Positions 33,318-35,242 of a stretch of DNA of 35,242 nucleotides are shown one piece after another. The stretch is from Phycisphaerae bacterium (GTDB lineage: Bacteria; Planctomycetota; Phycisphaerae; UBA1845): NCBI GenBank assembly GCA_046757145.1, contig JBHHXS010000001.1, forward strand, positions 1-35,242. Direction: 5' to 3'. The notes under the pieces are model-generated. The model made no database searches, was not told the origin of the DNA, and worked only from the letters and a program-made list of their open reading frames with translations. A program made the position numbers and the translations under genes. The stretch's first letter is position 1. Every line of letters starts with the position of its first letter.

Positions 33318-34043
33318 ATGGCAGTAGAACTGGCTGATTTGAGTCAGGTTGTTGAACCTATGCGTGCGCCCTTGAAGGAGTATGCCGGACTGGCGGCGGA
33401 TCTAGCGGGGGCGTCGGGTAAGGCGTTGACCCTGTTCGGCGCGATTACAACTGATGGATTCGACCGTGCTCGCCATACCGCCCGCAGCGTCCTCGTTGTG
33501 ACGCGGGTCGACCTGGGCATGTTGCGACGCCTGGCGGAGCACGGGGTCAAGCTCGGGAAGGCTCGAATAGCTGCCCCGCTTGTAATGACGCCAGAGTACA
33601 TCGCCAATTCCCTCGACACTTTCCCCTTGGAGTTCATCGAGATTAAACAACAGCACATTACCGTTTTCGGAGAAGATTGCTTCGACAGCATCTCGCTCGA
33701 GGACGCGCACGTGCGCCTGCAGTGCGAGCGCGAGCTGAAGGTCATCCAGATGGGGCTAAGGCAGGGGCTGCTGGCCGCCGCAGGCCGATATAAACTCCTC
33801 GGCACACTTGAGCAGGATGCGGGCGAACGCCTGCTGCGGACCCTGCGCGGGATGCTATGGCTGAAAGGCAAACGCGACGCCAGGCCCGCCCAAGAGGTCA
33901 TCCGCGAGATCGAAGAAGTCGCCGGGCGTAAACTCGCAGGGATTCGCTCCGCCCTCGCTCCCGGGGCCGAGCAGGGCTGGTCCGGATTCGAGCGTCTTTA
34001 CGGCGACGTGGAAGCCTTGGAGAAGATCGCCGATGCGTGGTGA
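33318..34043 (+). CDS. hypothetical protein (function unknown), first gene of the TPM/LemA module
   Basis: ATG 33318 is preceded by GGAGAG (33307-33312). 241 aa of normal composition. Its 3' end overlaps the TPM gene start by 11 nt. No family recognised with confidence. Confidence 0.7.
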   Translation: MAVELADLSQVVEPMRAPLKEYAGLAADLAGASGKALTLFGAITTDGFDRARHTARSVLVVTRVDLGMLRRLAEHGVKLGKARIAAPLVMTPEYIANSLDTFPLEFIEIKQQHITVFGEDCFDSISLEDAHVRLQCERELKVIQMGLRQGLLAAAGRYKLLGTLEQDAGERLLRTLRGMLWLKGKRDARPAQEVIREIEEVAGRKLAGIRSALAPGAEQGWSGFERLYGDVEALEKIADAW

Positions 34044-34902
34044 TGCACTAATCGCAGGAGCATTCATGCTGCTTTCGGCGCTGCCGTCGGCGAAGCTGTA
34101 CGGGCAGGTGACGATCCCAGACCCCGGCACGTTCGTCGTCGACCGCGCAGGCGTCATCGATTCCAATACCGAACGCAGGATCGAGGGCTGGCTCCGGGAG
34201 CTCGAGCAGAAGACGACAGCTCAGGTCAAGATTCTGACGGTCCCGAGCACGGAAGGGGAGGACTTTTTCGGATTCGTGCAGAGACACGTCGAGCTCTGGA
34301 AGCTGGGACGCAAAGAGAAGGACAACGGGGCGCTGATAGCCTTCGTACCTAAAACTGCGGAACAACGCGGCAGAGTGCGCATACAGACCGGGTACGGCTT
34401 GGAAGCCACCATGCCCGATTCGTGGTGTGGGTCGCTCTCACGCGAGATCGCCGAATCCTATTTCAAGAAGGGCAAGACTGCCGAGGATCTGCTGGCTGCG
34501 GCCGTCGCCGTCACCAATAGAATCGCCGACGCCGCGAAGGTAACCGTGACGGGCGTCCCTAGTTACCGATACAGCCGTCATGCGACGCCTTTCGGCCGTC
34601 GCACACGGCTCCGCCCGGGGGGCGCCCTATGCGGGGGGATCTTCCCGATCATCGTCCTTCTGCTGATTCTATCGTCAGGAAGACGGCGAGGCCGATATCG
34701 CTCCGCGTGGGGCGGCGGTGGACTCTGGCAGGGGATGCTCTTGGGTAGCCTGCTGTCGCGCTCGCTCGGGGGTGGACACGGCTCGACGTGGGGCGGAGGG
34801 TTCGGCGGCGGATTCGGTGGAGGGTTCGGCGGAGGGTTCGGCGGAGGATCGTTCGGTGGAGGCGGGGGCTTCGGCGGAGGAGGTGGCGGTGCAAGTTGGT
34901 AA
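34033..34902 (+). CDS. TPM-domain (YgcG-type) protein with signal peptide, TM segment and Gly/Phe-rich tail
   Basis: VVDRAGVIDSNTERRIEGWLRELEQKTTAQVKILTVPS…NGALIAFVPKTAEQRGRVRIQTGYGLE is typical of TPM domains. TM segment GGIFPIIVLLLILS. Tail is (GGGF)n. Confidence 0.9.
   Translation: MRGDALIAGAFMLLSALPSAKLYGQVTIPDPGTFVVDRAGVIDSNTERRIEGWLRELEQKTTAQVKILTVPSTEGEDFFGFVQRHVELWKLGRKEKDNGALIAFVPKTAEQRGRVRIQTGYGLEATMPDSWCGSLSREIAESYFKKGKTAEDLLAAAVAVTNRIADAAKVTVTGVPSYRYSRHATPFGRRTRLRPGGALCGGIFPIIVLLLILSSGRRRGRYRSAWGGGGLWQGMLLGSLLSRSLGGGHGSTWGGGFGGGFGGGFGGGFGGGSFGGGGGFGGGGGGASW
34789..34890 (+). repeat. coding low-complexity tandem repeat, ~12-nt units encoding (GGGF)n / poly-Gly
   Basis: WGGGFGGGFGGGFGGGFGGGSFGGGGGFGGGGGG at the C-terminus of the TPM protein. 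It generates Pro-rich antisense pseudo-ORFs (34578..34979). Confidence 0.8.
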
Positions 34903-35242
34903 CAGCTGCCCATCATGCAAAACGGTAACAACGCGGAGAGCAAGTTTCTGCCCCAACTGCGGGGCGGCGCTGGCTTCACTTAAGAGCGAAAGACGAGGTG
35001 GATCTATGAATCTCGGAAGAGTGCTTGTGCTCCTGCTCCTGGCTCTCGTGGGGGGCCTTGTTGTGGTGGGAGGATGCGTCTACAGCGGCTATAACAAGGC
35101 GGTATCACTTGACGAGGAGGTCAAGCAAGCGTGGGCCCAGGTCGAAAGTCAGCTTCAAAGGCGTTACGAGCTCATTCCCAACGTGGTCGAAACGGTTAAA
35201 GGCCTAGCAGAGCAGGAAAAAGGAATCTTTCTGGGGATCGCC
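34889..35242 (+). CDS. lemA: LemA family protein, 3'-truncated by the window end, probably with an N-terminal zinc-ribbon extension
   Basis: Absent from the ORF track because no stop lies in the window. Frame 2 reads MNLGRVLVLLLLALVGGLVVVGGCVYSGYNKAVSLDEEVKQAWAQVESQLQRRYELIPNVVETVKGLAEQEK from ATG 35006 (LemA signature). The same frame stays open upstream and encodes CPSCKTVTTRRASFCPNCGAAL (34907-34972), with GTG 34889 preceded by AGGAGG (34878-34883). ATG 35006 (RBS GAGGTGG) is the conservative start. Confidence 0.75.
   Translation, partial: MQVGNSCPSCKTVTTRRASFCPNCGAALASLKSERRGGSMNLGRVLVLLLLALVGGLVVVGGCVYSGYNKAVSLDEEVKQAWAQVESQLQRRYELIPNVVETVKGLAEQEKGIFLGIA

Noticed and set aside
1-35242. 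Scan for CRISPR arrays, IS/transposase ends, toxin-antitoxin pairs or known defence-system genes
   Set aside because: No regularly spaced direct repeats, terminal inverted repeats, transposase/integrase-like ORFs or recognisable defence domains were seen. The only tandem repeat is the coding (GGGF)n tract at 34789-34890.

Overview
GC-rich (about 60% by eye) bacterial chromosomal window. A DUF1559/H-X9-DG prepilin-like protein, dockerin-tagged secreted proteins and many 1-10 nt gene overlaps suggest a Planctomycetota-like genome (inference). The main feature is a ~17 kb minus-strand biosynthetic locus (2398-19178) of 13 tightly coupled genes in two blocks. It encodes four ketosynthases with intact Cys-His-His triads, two Cys-less CLF-like partners (one fused to a KS), a double-hotdog dehydratase and a CrtI/phytoene-desaturase-like flavoenzyme. 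It also encodes three consecutive, dissimilar B12-binding radical SAM enzymes, a GT2-DUF2062 glycosyltransferase, and LpxL-type and PlsC-type acyltransferases. No ACP, ketoreductase, enoyl reductase, thioesterase or starter-loading enzyme is visible. The locus reads like an aryl-polyene-type type II FAS/PKS scaffold merged with the desaturase + radical SAM logic once proposed for ladderane-type lipids. Its product cannot be predicted, and it is the best candidate here for an undescribed system. Elsewhere the window holds an apparently frameshifted dockerin protein, a 935-aa secreted Cys-repeat/VWA/cohesin/HYR/dockerin protein, and a tRNA-Sec (anticodon UCA) gene. It also holds a PF14907-type nucleotidyltransferase, a class V aminotransferase, ribBA, pgsA, a tandem thioredoxin-fold putative lipoprotein and a REC-GGDEF-GAF-HD-GYP c-di-GMP enzyme. 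A ~0.9 kb ORF-free spacer precedes a hypothetical/TPM/LemA module; the LemA gene runs off the window and is absent from the ORF track. No CRISPR array, IS element, integrase or prophage signal was seen.
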